The notes beneath the pieces were generated by a model that worked only from the letters and a program-made list of their open reading frames with translations, made no database searches and was not told where the DNA came from. A stretch of 37,026 nucleotides of DNA, from positions 1 through 37,026 of IMG/VR virus record IMGVR_UViG_3300037483_001096, one strand, 5' to 3'. Position 1 is the first letter of the stretch. Each line of letters starts with the position of its first letter. This DNA is from a virus. Lineage: Duplodnaviria; Caudoviricetes. The position numbers and the translations under genes are program-made. Positions 1 through 8,295 of this stretch are shown here, in pieces.

Positions 1-127
1 CTTCGGTCAGAGCCTCGTCCCAGGCAGCCGCAAAATCCGGATCGGCGTTGCGCACCTCGTAAATCCATGAACGTGCAATATCGACTTTTCTACACGCATC
101 GGCCACGTTCCCCCGTTTGGCTAGCCA
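1..127 (+). repeat. Terminal overlap identical to 36900-37026 (circular assembly overlap)
   Basis: Exact match cttcggtcag...ttggctagcca at both ends; falls inside the terS reading frame. Confidence 0.97.
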
Positions 128-193
128 TTTCAGGAAATTAGGTTGCCAGGAGAACTGCCATTCTTTTTTAGATGTCCGGTTGTCCTGTACCAC
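1..193 (-). CDS. terS: Terminase small subunit, 5' part (continues across the circular join to 36592)
   Basis: GTG at 193 after GGGGGA; reads MVQDNRTSKKEWQFSWQPNFLKWLAKRGNVADACRK, in frame with ORF 36592..37005. Confidence 0.75.
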   Translation of the reverse strand, partial: MVQDNRTSKKEWQFSWQPNFLKWLAKRGNVADACRKVDIARSWIYEVRNADPDFAAAWDEALTE

Positions 194-311
194 CACTTCC
201 CCCAAGCAGCCTAGCGATAGCCACCATAATTACTCCCATGCCCAGCCCGACGACGACAGGTCCGCCCATAAATATCCACAGAGCCCAGGCAATAGCTTCA
301 ACCGCCGACAT
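168..311 (-). CDS. Small membrane protein (47 aa)
   Basis: ATG 311 with GGAG RBS; hydrophobic AIAWALWIFMGGPVVVGLGMGVIMVAI. Confidence 0.55.
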   Translation of the reverse strand: MSAVEAIAWALWIFMGGPVVVGLGMGVIMVAIARLLGGSGGTGQPDI

Positions 312-326
312 AGGGCATGCTCCAAT

Positions 327-353
327 AAAAAACGGGTCGGGAAATCCCAACCC
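327..353 (-). terminator. Intrinsic terminator upstream of the late genes
   Basis: Minus strand GGGTTGGG-ATTT-CCCGACCC-G-TTTTTT. Confidence 0.7.
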
Positions 354-399
354 TACCGTACCATAGGGGGTCAGCCTGTACAGGCAGAGTGCCAATGAA

Positions 400-669
400 C
401 TATCGCACCAATTTCCACAGCCAGCGGTAATCACCGTCGTTGATGTGTTCCATCTCCAGATAGATCGGGAGGATGTGCGATAGCCCGCACAGTTGCTTGT
501 ACGCGGCGTTGTGGCTGACTCCCAACATGGTAGCCACCTGTGAAGTTGTAAACTCATCTCCCCGCCAGAAGCGCCACGCCAGGAAGACTGCTCGTTCCGC
601 GACGGTCAATTCCCCTGGGCCGTTGAAGTTGATAATTCGCTCTGTTGTCGTCAGTTTCTTTGCCGACAT
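400..669 (-). CDS. HTH DNA-binding protein, candidate late transcription regulator
   Basis: FTTSQVATMLGVSHNAAYKQL helix-turn-helix; lies between replication and packaging modules. Confidence 0.65.
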   Translation of the reverse strand: MSAKKLTTTERIINFNGPGELTVAERAVFLAWRFWRGDEFTTSQVATMLGVSHNAAYKQLCGLSHILPIYLEMEHINDGDYRWLWKLVR

Positions 670-703
670 GGTCCCATATCCCCGTTTCTGGAGTTTTCTG
701 AAG

Positions 704-811
704 CTACCACGACCCATCATAATTGACCACAGCCACCAGCGCTACCACCAGCAGCACAACTAACCCTCCGACTTCGACACCCACTATCATCCCTGCAATG
801 AAAAACGTCAT
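704..811 (-). CDS. Small membrane peptide (35 aa)
   Basis: GGAGAGGG RBS, ATG 811, hydrophobic GGLVVLLVVALVAVV. Confidence 0.5.
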   Translation of the reverse strand: MTFFIAGMIVGVEVGGLVVLLVVALVAVVNYDGSW

Positions 812-900
812 TTAACCCTCTCCTATAACCACAGCAGAAGCGACATTTCGCTTCGCATATCAAGCGTTTCACTTCGCATACTGGTGAAAAACGGGCCTTT

Positions 901-1205
901 TATGACGCTTTTATGACGCTTCTATGACGCATTGCCCGCGCAAAACACGAAATGTTTTGAGGGTAAAATTAGACTATCCTGACACGCATGACGCATATGA
1001 CGCTTTTTTCGGGATCGCAGCATATATAGTAAAAACAGCGGAAAAGACCGCTTCAACTCCCCCCCAATGTGCTTTTCTCGCGTGTGGAGAGTACCCACAA
1101 AAAGCGTCATATGCGTCATATGCGCCATAATAGTTAAAATTCACCCTCAATTCACTTCGTGTTTCCACACCTTACTCCGTCATTAATGCGTCATGTAGCG
1201 TCATA
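901..1205. repeat. Putative replication origin with convergent TATGACGC iterons
   Basis: (T/C)ATGACGC at 901, 912, 923, 987, 996; inverse GCGTCAT(A/G) at 1104, 1113, 1188, 1198 plus a variant at 1122; non-coding and directly downstream of the primase-helicase. Confidence 0.8.
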
Positions 1206-1212
1206 TGTAAGG

Positions 1213-3582
1213 TCATGGAATTGCGTTCCCTGCTCCTTGGATACGGATGCCATCATAGACACGCATGGTCATGGTTCGACGGTGGTAGTAACTCAACCGT
1301 TCCATCTCAGTTTTGAAGTTTCGGGCATTGTACGGTTTGTACCCGTTGTCCGAACACCACTCCCGATAGCTGCGATAGATGATGCTGCTTTGGACGTTGT
1401 AGTTGATGTCAACCTCACAGGTGTCTTCAACGAACGACAAAATAGTATTCGACTCCGCTTGGTATTTGGTGGTCCAGTCCTGGATCTGCTGAACTGTTGA
1501 AAATTTGCCATTAGCCTGTAGCCGGAACAACCCCGCCAGGACCTGGTTGAAGATGCCCGGTAGTTCATCGTCAAGATAGCCCTTCAGGTCGTCAATTCGA
1601 CTTCCGCCTTGAAAATTCGCATTGAACGGGATGACCACAATCCGGCGCCAGAAACCGGTGGAGGTGTCTGTCACTGTCGGCAGCTTGTTCATGCTCCACC
1701 ACAGTTTGGCCCGGGGATACAACGTAAATGGTTCCCGCCGAATCTGTCTCACCTGGAGACTGTCGCCGGCGACCAGCTGCTTGATCACGGCGTCTTCAAC
1801 TACACCATTCGAGTCGGCTTCAGCGCATAAAGCAATTCGCTTGCCTGCCAGGTCAGCAAGCTGGTACTGTTCCCGATGAAGAAGGTTGACGTTAAATGGC
1901 GTGGCGGCATTGCCCGCCAGCTTCTCTAGAACGTGAAAGAGCACGCCCTTACCGTTGGCGCCCTCACCATAGCACCAGAACGTCACATGGTATTTGATAT
2001 CAGTGGTCAGGCTGTAGCCCATCGCCTCCAAAACAAAATTCGCCAATTCCGGATCGAAGGTGCCTCCTTTCGCCATGCTGTGGATAAAACTGCTTTTCAT
2101 GTAGTGGTCCCAATACGGGCACTTCGCCGCGGGGTCAAAGTTGAACGGCAGTTGTGTGGTCAAGTACCGACTTTTGTCGTGAGTCAACAGCGTTCGCAGC
2201 TCCAACGAATACGTGCCATTCAGCAGGTTTATCAGGCCATCGTCGGCGTCTAGTCTGTCTTCGGGAACGAATGTGTTCGCTTTGACATAGCCGGCAACGT
2301 TCGCAACTCCGTACAACGTTGCCTGGAATGTTGGTGTTTCCTTCGCTTCCAGCAACGTCCAAATTTCCCGTTCCACAACGTTGTCAGCCACTGATGACCA
2401 CACCCCGAGCGCGTAACGATACCAAGCGCCGCGGGCAAACATCATGTCGGGATGCAGCTTCATATACTCCCGACCGATTTCGGTATAGGACGGTTTGGCC
2501 GTTGGTGGATTCCGCTTCTTTTTGGGCTTGGGTTTTGGCGCTGCTCCGTTTGCTGTAGTCGTTCCGTTCGTCGCCGCACCAATCGCGCTCTGAGCGGCTT
2601 TTACAGCGTCTGGGTCCATCTGCGCATCTCCTGGCGTATAGAACGCTGTAGCGTCGTTTATGGCTTTCTGCAGAGTCGCATCTCGATAGTCAGCCCGATC
2701 CCATTTGTCGCGCATCAAACCAGATCGACGGAACAGGACGTCCATCCTGTGGATATCGCCGCCGGTCCAAAAGGCCAGAATGTTGCACAGCGCCTGGTCC
2801 GCCTTGCTGTGGTCATTGTTGTAATCAGATATGCCCCCGTTCCAGAGATCCTGGAACTTGCCACCGTCGTTGGCGTTCAGGGCCTTGTCGAGCAGCTCCT
2901 GGTCGTCCAGGTCTACAGGAGAGGGAGACGGCGAAGTTTGAACCTGCCAGCCGGCGATGATCGGATCCACCAGTGTTGCTATCGAGCCGAGCGAATACAG
3001 TCGTTCCGGCTGCCAGTCCACAATTTCCACAGGGGAGGGGGGGCTGTATTTGTGGTTCAGCGTTCCGGGGATCCGAAGTACCCGAGCCAGGTCATGGACA
3101 GTATGATCGCCACCGACGTACTGGTTCCAGGCCGTTTGAATGTTGGCGGCATACTGGCGATCCCCATCGGTTTCGATCGCAAACGGCTGATCCAGTAGCC
3201 AATAGCAGTGATATCCACCTCCGCTATCAATGACCACAGAGGGGGGGACCATCAGTGCCATGATGTGAGCTAGGGCGTCGGCCTTGCTGTGGAAATCTTT
3301 GGCATCGAATTCAGCAATCAGGCAGTTGATGGCGGCAATGGTGGCAACTGTTACCCGCTGGTGCTGACTACGCTTGACGACACCCGGATGTACCGAGAAG
3401 TAGACGTTCAGCAGTTTGATCCACCGCTTAGGTACAGGCGACAACGTTGTTGTGGAAAACCACAGAGAGACCTTTTCTACGCTGCCATCGGCTCGCTGTG
3501 GCCCATCTGGTGTCCAGTAGTGTGCCCAAGCACCACTACGGTATAGATGTGAAATGAGTTCGTAGAATCGGACGTCAACCAT
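1213..3582 (-). CDS. Primase-polymerase (RepB'-type AEP + NrS-1-like helical bundle) fused to a D5/P4-type SF3 helicase
   Basis: EFD, SGGGYHCYW, DLARVLRIPGTLNHK; SKADQALCNILAFWTG..SGLMRDKW; Walker A GEGANGKG; FWRR. Confidence 0.9.
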   Translation of the reverse strand: MVDVRFYELISHLYRSGAWAHYWTPDGPQRADGSVEKVSLWFSTTTLSPVPKRWIKLLNVYFSVHPGVVKRSQHQRVTVATIAAINCLIAEFDAKDFHSKADALAHIMALMVPPSVVIDSGGGYHCYWLLDQPFAIETDGDRQYAANIQTAWNQYVGGDHTVHDLARVLRIPGTLNHKYSPPSPVEIVDWQPERLYSLGSIATLVDPIIAGWQVQTSPSPSPVDLDDQELLDKALNANDGGKFQDLWNGGISDYNNDHSKADQALCNILAFWTGGDIHRMDVLFRRSGLMRDKWDRADYRDATLQKAINDATAFYTPGDAQMDPDAVKAAQSAIGAATNGTTTANGAAPKPKPKKKRNPPTAKPSYTEIGREYMKLHPDMMFARGAWYRYALGVWSSVADNVVEREIWTLLEAKETPTFQATLYGVANVAGYVKANTFVPEDRLDADDGLINLLNGTYSLELRTLLTHDKSRYLTTQLPFNFDPAAKCPYWDHYMKSSFIHSMAKGGTFDPELANFVLEAMGYSLTTDIKYHVTFWCYGEGANGKGVLFHVLEKLAGNAATPFNVNLLHREQYQLADLAGKRIALCAEADSNGVVEDAVIKQLVAGDSLQVRQIRREPFTLYPRAKLWWSMNKLPTVTDTSTGFWRRIVVIPFNANFQGGSRIDDLKGYLDDELPGIFNQVLAGLFRLQANGKFSTVQQIQDWTTKYQAESNTILSFVEDTCEVDINYNVQSSIIYRSYREWCSDNGYKPYNARNFKTEMERLSYYHRRTMTMRVYDGIRIQGAGNAIP

Positions 3583-4321
3583 GTCTTTCTGCCCTTATGA
3601 TTTGCTGTCCTATCCACTCTGCCACCTGCGGTACTATGGCATTTCCAAGGACTCGATATCTGTCCAACCGACCGGGAATCCCATCAAATGCTCGACAAAT
3701 TCCGGGGTCGGGTAGAGCCCGTAATCGACCGCTGCGTGATCGGTCAAGCACCCAGGACCAGCTCCCTTCGCTCGCTGCTTTTCGCAGTGCTTGATCAGGC
3801 TGGGAATGCGAAACGTCACCCGCTTGGCATCCGATGCCGTCGGCGTGCCCCACAAAGAAAACCCGTTCTCTTGCGTGCGGGAGCCCGAAGGCGCAAGCCG
3901 GAAGTACAATCGCCCATGCCGTGTAACCATAGGTTTCCAGGCCGGCGAGCACCCGATCGGCGTAAGCTGTTTTGACGATGATCCCAGGCACGTTTTCAGC
4001 AACGGTCCAAGCCGGCTGGAATTCCTGCACAACGCGAAACATCTCTGGCCAGAGATTGCGATCGTCAGCTTCACCGAATGCTCTTCCGGCTTGACTGTGG
4101 GGTTGGCAAGGGAATCCGCCGGCAATAAGGTCAACTGGTTGGTCAATGGAATCCCTCCCAAACGTACACACATCGGTGAACTTGGGCACGCATGGCCAGT
4201 GTTTCCGCAGAATCGACAGACAAAAACTATCGTTCTCCACCTGCGCAACACATCGCATTCCGGCACGTTCAAAACCGAGATCAAAGCCACCGATCCCAGC
4301 GAATAGAGAAATGAATTTCAT
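3575..4321 (-). CDS. DNA (cytosine-5) methyltransferase, alpha subunit (motifs I-VIII and X)
   Basis: LFAGIGG (I), GGFPCQ (IV), ENV (VI), RERVF (VIII), LGNAIVPQVAEWIG (X). Confidence 0.9.
   Translation of the reverse strand: MKFISLFAGIGGFDLGFERAGMRCVAQVENDSFCLSILRKHWPCVPKFTDVCTFGRDSIDQPVDLIAGGFPCQPHSQAGRAFGEADDRNLWPEMFRVVQEFQPAWTVAENVPGIIVKTAYADRVLAGLETYGYTAWAIVLPACAFGLPHARERVFFVGHADGIGCQAGDVSHSQPDQALRKAASEGSWSWVLDRSRSGRLRALPDPGICRAFDGIPGRLDRYRVLGNAIVPQVAEWIGQQIIRAERHG
3634..4146 (-). CDS. C5-methyltransferase beta subunit (TRD + motif IX) in a nested overlapping frame
   Basis: GGGAGG RBS 7 nt before TTG at 4146; LWGTPTASD and TPEFVEHLMGFPVGWT (motif IX-like), which the alpha frame lacks. 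Confidence 0.75.
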   Translation of the reverse strand: MTNQLTLLPADSLANPTVKPEEHSVKLTIAISGQRCFALCRNSSRLGPLLKTCLGSSSKQLTPIGCSPAWKPMVTRHGRLYFRLAPSGSRTQENGFSLWGTPTASDAKRVTFRIPSLIKHCEKQRAKGAGPGCLTDHAAVDYGLYPTPEFVEHLMGFPVGWTDIESLEMP

Positions 4322-4347
4322 TGAATAAGTCCTCAGAAAAAGACTGT

Positions 4348-4375
4348 GGGGAGGCGCCGTTGCCTCCCCGTTTTT
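4348..4375. terminator. GC hairpin / terminator between the vWA and MTase genes
   Basis: GGGGAGGC-GCCGTT-GCCTCCCC with T-rich runs on both strands. Confidence 0.6.
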
Positions 4376-4387
4376 GAACCTTCATCT

Positions 4388-4951
4388 TCAGGATGCTAAC
4401 AATTTCTGCACTTCGGTGCCCAGTGCTCTGACCCGGTCCGCTGTGACTATCTGACCACCGGACGCCGCTGCCAGTCTTGCCAGAAAGTCACGTCCGAGTG
4501 GTCTATCTTCAGGTCCACAAAATATGGTATCGATCTTCGCCTTATACTTCTTGGCTTCGTTCAGCGCCTTTTGTGGCTCGTTGGGTTCGCCATCACTGAT
4601 AACAATGAACCGGATCCCAGGAACATCCGCAACACGAGCGAAGCGCAGCGCTCCGGCCAAGTCAGTGCTGCCCCCTTGGTAGGTTGGTATCCCGCCGGGA
4701 CAAAAAAACACATTGTCGCTGAAACTGAGAACGGCGATTTTCCCCGGCAGATTCGCCTGCAACTGGCGCAACTCCTGTGAGGCGACGTCATAACGTTGCT
4801 TGCCACCGATGCTATCGGACGCTCCCATACTGCCGGAGGTGTCCATGAGGATCAAAACATCGGCGGAAATGAACGATTCAGCGATACTGGTTCCGTCCCG
4901 CTGTGCTATCTGCCCGATACTGCCCTTTGCTATGGCTGTGGCTGTGGACAT
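4388..4951 (-). CDS. von Willebrand factor A (vWA) domain protein
   Basis: MIDAS motif DTSGS, GGSTD, ISDGEP; ATG 4951 with AGGAG RBS. Confidence 0.85.
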   Translation of the reverse strand: MSTATAIAKGSIGQIAQRDGTSIAESFISADVLILMDTSGSMGASDSIGGKQRYDVASQELRQLQANLPGKIAVLSFSDNVFFCPGGIPTYQGGSTDLAGALRFARVADVPGIRFIVISDGEPNEPQKALNEAKKYKAKIDTIFCGPEDRPLGRDFLARLAAASGGQIVTADRVRALGTEVQKLLAS

Positions 4952-4961
4952 CTTCATGCTC

Positions 4962-5555
4962 CTATCGCAGTTCAAAAACTGTTTGTGTGACAGTCTGTCG
5001 TTTGGTCCAATTGAAGTAGGTTTTGACCACAGGCCGACCCGACAGAGGCCAGGACATTCGCATGGTGATGGCCTGTTCATGATCAGTAACTCTACCGGGA
5101 TCCTTATCAAATTCGCACTCGCCATTTTTCCGTTTCGCCGTTGCCTGCATGTACAGCGCCTTTGTGCCCATCTCCAGGCCGCACCATGCCAGGAATGCTC
5201 GCCATGAACCGAATTTGTTATTGGCGGCAAATCGACTAATGTTGCGCTTAGCATAGAGTTCCCACTCGATAGGATTTGGACCGGTAATCCCATCATGCAA
5301 TTCATTACTAAGTCGAATTGCATCTTCTTTCATCGCTGCCCAATCGATCTGTAGATTCGGACCAACCTTAACCCTGTACCCCCACAGCGTAGCGAGATAC
5401 TTCCACGGGTATCCAGATCGGACCAATACCGTTCGGCTCGGCAGGTTTTTCTCGCGTGCAATAGCATCGTAATCCCGATATGACGGCATGGTGTCACCGA
5501 CGGCGAGTTCATCTACCACTGCCTTTATTTGTGCCAATGTCGTAGAGGAAATCAT
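4962..5555 (-). CDS. Protein with homing-endonuclease-associated repeat-like units (probable DNA binding)
   Basis: Two units: PSYRDYD..LPSRTVLVRSGYPWK and PNPIEWE..NKFGSWRAFLAWCGL; GGAGG RBS. Confidence 0.55.
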   Translation of the reverse strand: MISSTTLAQIKAVVDELAVGDTMPSYRDYDAIAREKNLPSRTVLVRSGYPWKYLATLWGYRVKVGPNLQIDWAAMKEDAIRLSNELHDGITGPNPIEWELYAKRNISRFAANNKFGSWRAFLAWCGLEMGTKALYMQATAKRKNGECEFDKDPGRVTDHEQAITMRMSWPLSGRPVVKTYFNWTKRQTVTQTVFELR

Positions 5556-5803
5556 GTGTCCTCCCGTTGATCGATTGTGACGTACCCGAGTTCCCACATC
5601 CGCACCAACGCATGGCACTTGGATTTGGCGCCGATGCGTTGGTAGCACATTCCCAGATGGGATTGCACAGTTCCAAGCGCTAGACCGAGGTGTTCGGCTA
5701 TCGCTGAATTGCTAATGTGCCCATCAGCTATCGCTTGCATCACCCGAATCTGGGCTGGCGTGGGTTGCTCAGGCAGGTCAAGACCAGGATCGTAGTAGGT
5801 CAT
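5552..5803 (-). CDS. LuxR-type C-terminal HTH regulator
   Basis: TPAQIRVMQAIADGHISNSAIAEHLGLALGTVQSHL. Confidence 0.8.
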   Translation of the reverse strand: MTYYDPGLDLPEQPTPAQIRVMQAIADGHISNSAIAEHLGLALGTVQSHLGMCYQRIGAKSKCHALVRMWELGYVTIDQREDT

Positions 5804-6081
5804 GCGTCCACCGCTGTCTCTCGTATCCAGCCGACCCAGGTCCGATTGTCGAATGGCACGCCGCCCCGGAACCCGAACGTATGCTTAACCACAATACGGG
5901 TGTAGGTGGTATTGATCTGGGCTTGCCGGTCCACATCAGAATAGCTGACCAGTCCGTAACCAATGCTGCGCGCGATCCAACGCCAAACAGCCTTTGGGCT
6001 CACCTGATAGGCAGGCCAGATTACGGGCGGATTGACTTCCAGCGCATGGACACAAGCGTTCATATATTCTCTAGCGCTCAT
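5800..6081 (-). CDS. Hypothetical protein
   Basis: ATGA-coupled to its neighbours. Confidence 0.6.
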   Translation of the reverse strand: MSAREYMNACVHALEVNPPVIWPAYQVSPKAVWRWIARSIGYGLVSYSDVDRQAQINTTYTRIVVKHTFGFRGGVPFDNRTWVGWIRETAVDA

Positions 6082-6947
6082 GCGTCCACCCACCGTTCAG
6101 AGAATGTGTCTTCGCCCATCCGCCAGGACGTAACCAATACCTGCCCATCCCAATTCGTGATATCGGCCCAGTGGAGGATCCGCTCCACAACGAACCGACT
6201 AAGCTTGTCTACACCTTCAACAAGCAAATATCCACAGCGGAGGGGGGGCTGGTACTCTTGCGTCGTCGCCGTGGCGAATTGGCGGGGTCCCCGCCCCAAC
6301 GTTGCCTCAAGTGCCAACCCTGCGTTATAGCGGGCTCTAGTGTTGCCGTTCCGCAATATCTCATACGCATGTTGGATTGCTTGGAACTGACTCACAGCGT
6401 CTGGCTCAGAACAAGTGTCAGGGTGCCATTGTCGCGCCAGTCGCCGCCATGCGGTTTTGAGTTCGTCCGCCGTCGCTGTGGACATTACACCAAGCACCGA
6501 ATACAGTGTGTTGTGTTCACCAGGCCGGTCCGTTTGGCCGAACCACGATAGAAGAACCGACTTCGGCAATATCACCGACCATTCGCCATTGCACCATCCG
6601 AAAGCGCTCTCAGAGCCGTCAGGGCGATGCTTTGCCCGACCGATATAGCGAACTTCGAATATGCGCTGTTCGGTCCGTAGCGACGTTCCTATGGCTTCTG
6701 GAGGCATTTGGACATCTACCCCGAGATTTGAATAGATGATCTGGTGAAGGACCGTAGCGTAGTTGGGACTGACCTTCCATGCCTTGTCAGTCTTGGACCA
6801 TGTTCGATCTGTGTAAGGAATGTTGTTCTTGAGATCGTCAACCAACCCTTGATGATATGGTGTCTTCAGCACCAAGTAACCGTCTTCGAAACTCACTCGG
6901 ACGAAATTGGTCGTCCCACGACGGCAGGCGAAAGTTTGAGTTCTCAC
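6078..6947 (-). CDS. J-domain (DnaJ-type) protein with HARP-like N-terminus
   Basis: LYSVLGV..ADELKTAWRRLARQWHPD..FQAIQHAYEIL..RARYN; N-terminus LKTPYHQGLVDDLK..RTWSKTDKAWKV. Confidence 0.85.
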   Translation of the reverse strand: MRTQTFACRRGTTNFVRVSFEDGYLVLKTPYHQGLVDDLKNNIPYTDRTWSKTDKAWKVSPNYATVLHQIIYSNLGVDVQMPPEAIGTSLRTEQRIFEVRYIGRAKHRPDGSESAFGWCNGEWSVILPKSVLLSWFGQTDRPGEHNTLYSVLGVMSTATADELKTAWRRLARQWHPDTCSEPDAVSQFQAIQHAYEILRNGNTRARYNAGLALEATLGRGPRQFATATTQEYQPPLRCGYLLVEGVDKLSRFVVERILHWADITNWDGQVLVTSWRMGEDTFSERWVDA

Positions 6948-7732
6948 GTTGCGCCTCGGCAGCTAGTCCAGAAACCACAGTATTTCGGACCGCACAACCA
7001 CCCATTCGGATTCGGCGGAAATGCCTCCCGTTCGATGGCCTGCCACACTTGTTGGACCAAACCGAATAGCCAGAATATTTCAGCGTAGGTGTGTGAGTGT
7101 TCAATTACCTGAACCTTCGGCTGTTTGGCCTTTGTGACAATGTAATGACGAAAGCGAAGACCGGGGACTTCCACCCCGGCTTGGTTGAGACTTGCGAGAT
7201 AAAACAACGGCTGCATCTCCGATTCGGCTTTATCCGTTGACCACTGATATTTGCTGGTCTTGAAGTCACCGGGAACACCGTCGTCTGTGACAATGTCAAT
7301 GTACCCAACGATAGGGATCGGAACACCGGGAACCCACAATTCCATCTTCCGCTCTATCCACAGCCCGGATTCGTCGGAAGCTGGTGTCAGTGAGTCTGCC
7401 AGGTCCTGCACCTCCGCTGTGGACAAAATGCGAATGCCTTCGTTGTAATGCTCTTCGGGAGTGTCCGCGCCCCAGTCCACATCGGTGTTCTTTTCGATCT
7501 GTTCACCCCAAGCGGTATGCCACAGGTTTGATAGAGTTAGATCGTCGGGGATCGCCTCTATCGTTTCTTTGGTGGCGATGTAACGTTCTATAGTGTTGTG
7601 GAAGGCGGAACCGGTCAATAATGCCGGTGTTGATGGTGTAGATTCGCCTATCAGATATTTGCGGCGAAAGTTCTCCGGGCAGGTTAAGTAAAGGTTGATG
7701 GAAGAGTAGGAAAGGTGAAGTAACTCAGACAT
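6944..7732 (-). CDS. PD-(D/E)xK exonuclease, AddB/Cas4-like with Fe-S cysteines
   Basis: LSYSSINLYLTCP, GSAFH, GYIDIV, DFKT, QPLFY, C-terminal CGPKYCGFWTSC. Confidence 0.88.
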   Translation of the reverse strand: MSELLHLSYSSINLYLTCPENFRRKYLIGESTPSTPALLTGSAFHNTIERYIATKETIEAIPDDLTLSNLWHTAWGEQIEKNTDVDWGADTPEEHYNEGIRILSTAEVQDLADSLTPASDESGLWIERKMELWVPGVPIPIVGYIDIVTDDGVPGDFKTSKYQWSTDKAESEMQPLFYLASLNQAGVEVPGLRFRHYIVTKAKQPKVQVIEHSHTYAEIFWLFGLVQQVWQAIEREAFPPNPNGWLCGPKYCGFWTSCRGAT

Positions 7733-7913
7733 GGTCCTTCTCCCGTTGCTCCACGGCTGCTTCCGTTGCTTCGATAAGTTTCGTCGCCGATACCGTATAG
7801 CTAGCACCGGTAGGTAACTGAACTATTACCAATGCCGCTGTGTAACAATGCGGGAGGACCAACAACTCTTCGTCATCATCGGTCCACTCTTCGCCGTATT
7901 CAAAGATGCGCAT
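7725..7913 (-). CDS. Hypothetical protein
   Basis: TGATG-coupled start with GGAGG RBS. Confidence 0.55.
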   Translation of the reverse strand: MRIFEYGEEWTDDDEELLVLPHCYTAALVIVQLPTGASYTVSATKLIEATEAAVEQREKDHV

Positions 7914-8110
7914 CAGTTCACCTCCGCTAGTTTGGCCTGTGCTCGTTGGATGCGTAGGAGGGAAGCCGGGGTGACATATCGGTATACGTTCGGTCGCCAT
8001 GTAGCAAAAGACCTTGTACGCCAAATTTCAACCCAAATCCGGATTCCTCTTTCGTCGTACGGCTCGCTGTAGGAATGAACGTGAATTTCTTCTATCGGGT
8101 TGTAAGTCAT
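7913..8110 (-). CDS. Hypothetical protein, paralogue 2 (C-terminus TPASLLRIQRAQAKLAEVN)
   Basis: TGATG coupling; shares its C-terminus with the upstream gene. Confidence 0.65.
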   Translation of the reverse strand: MTYNPIEEIHVHSYSEPYDERGIRIWVEIWRTRSFATWRPNVYRYVTPASLLRIQRAQAKLAEVN

Positions 8111-8295
8111 CAGTTCACCCCCGCCAGCTTGGCTTGTGCTCTCTGAGCTCGACGAAACGATGACGGTGTGAGGTTGCCATAGCTCTTTTCCATCATCAGC
8201 GAAACTAGCCGTGGCCATTGGCGCCGTACAACGACATTTTGAGGTCCTTCCTCAACAACACTTATCCTAATTCCGGTGATCTTGTTGGCTGACAT
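8110..8295 (-). CDS. Hypothetical protein, paralogue 1 (C-terminus TPSSFRRAQRAQAKLAGVN)
   Basis: TGATG coupling with GGAGG RBS; shares its C-terminus with the downstream gene. Confidence 0.65.
   Translation of the reverse strand: MSANKITGIRISVVEEGPQNVVVRRQWPRLVSLMMEKSYGNLTPSSFRRAQRAQAKLAGVN

Noticed and set aside
1-127. Biological direct terminal repeat
   Set aside because: 127 bp is a common assembler k-mer length and the repeat falls mid-gene in terS, so it most likely reflects a circular assembly rather than virion ends
922-1168. Short ORFs with YDAYDA / MTHMT repeats
   Set aside because: Translations of the origin iterons
6944-7732. CRISPR-associated cas4
   Set aside because: No cas1/cas2 nearby; the context next to the RecT-like gene indicates a recombination exonuclease
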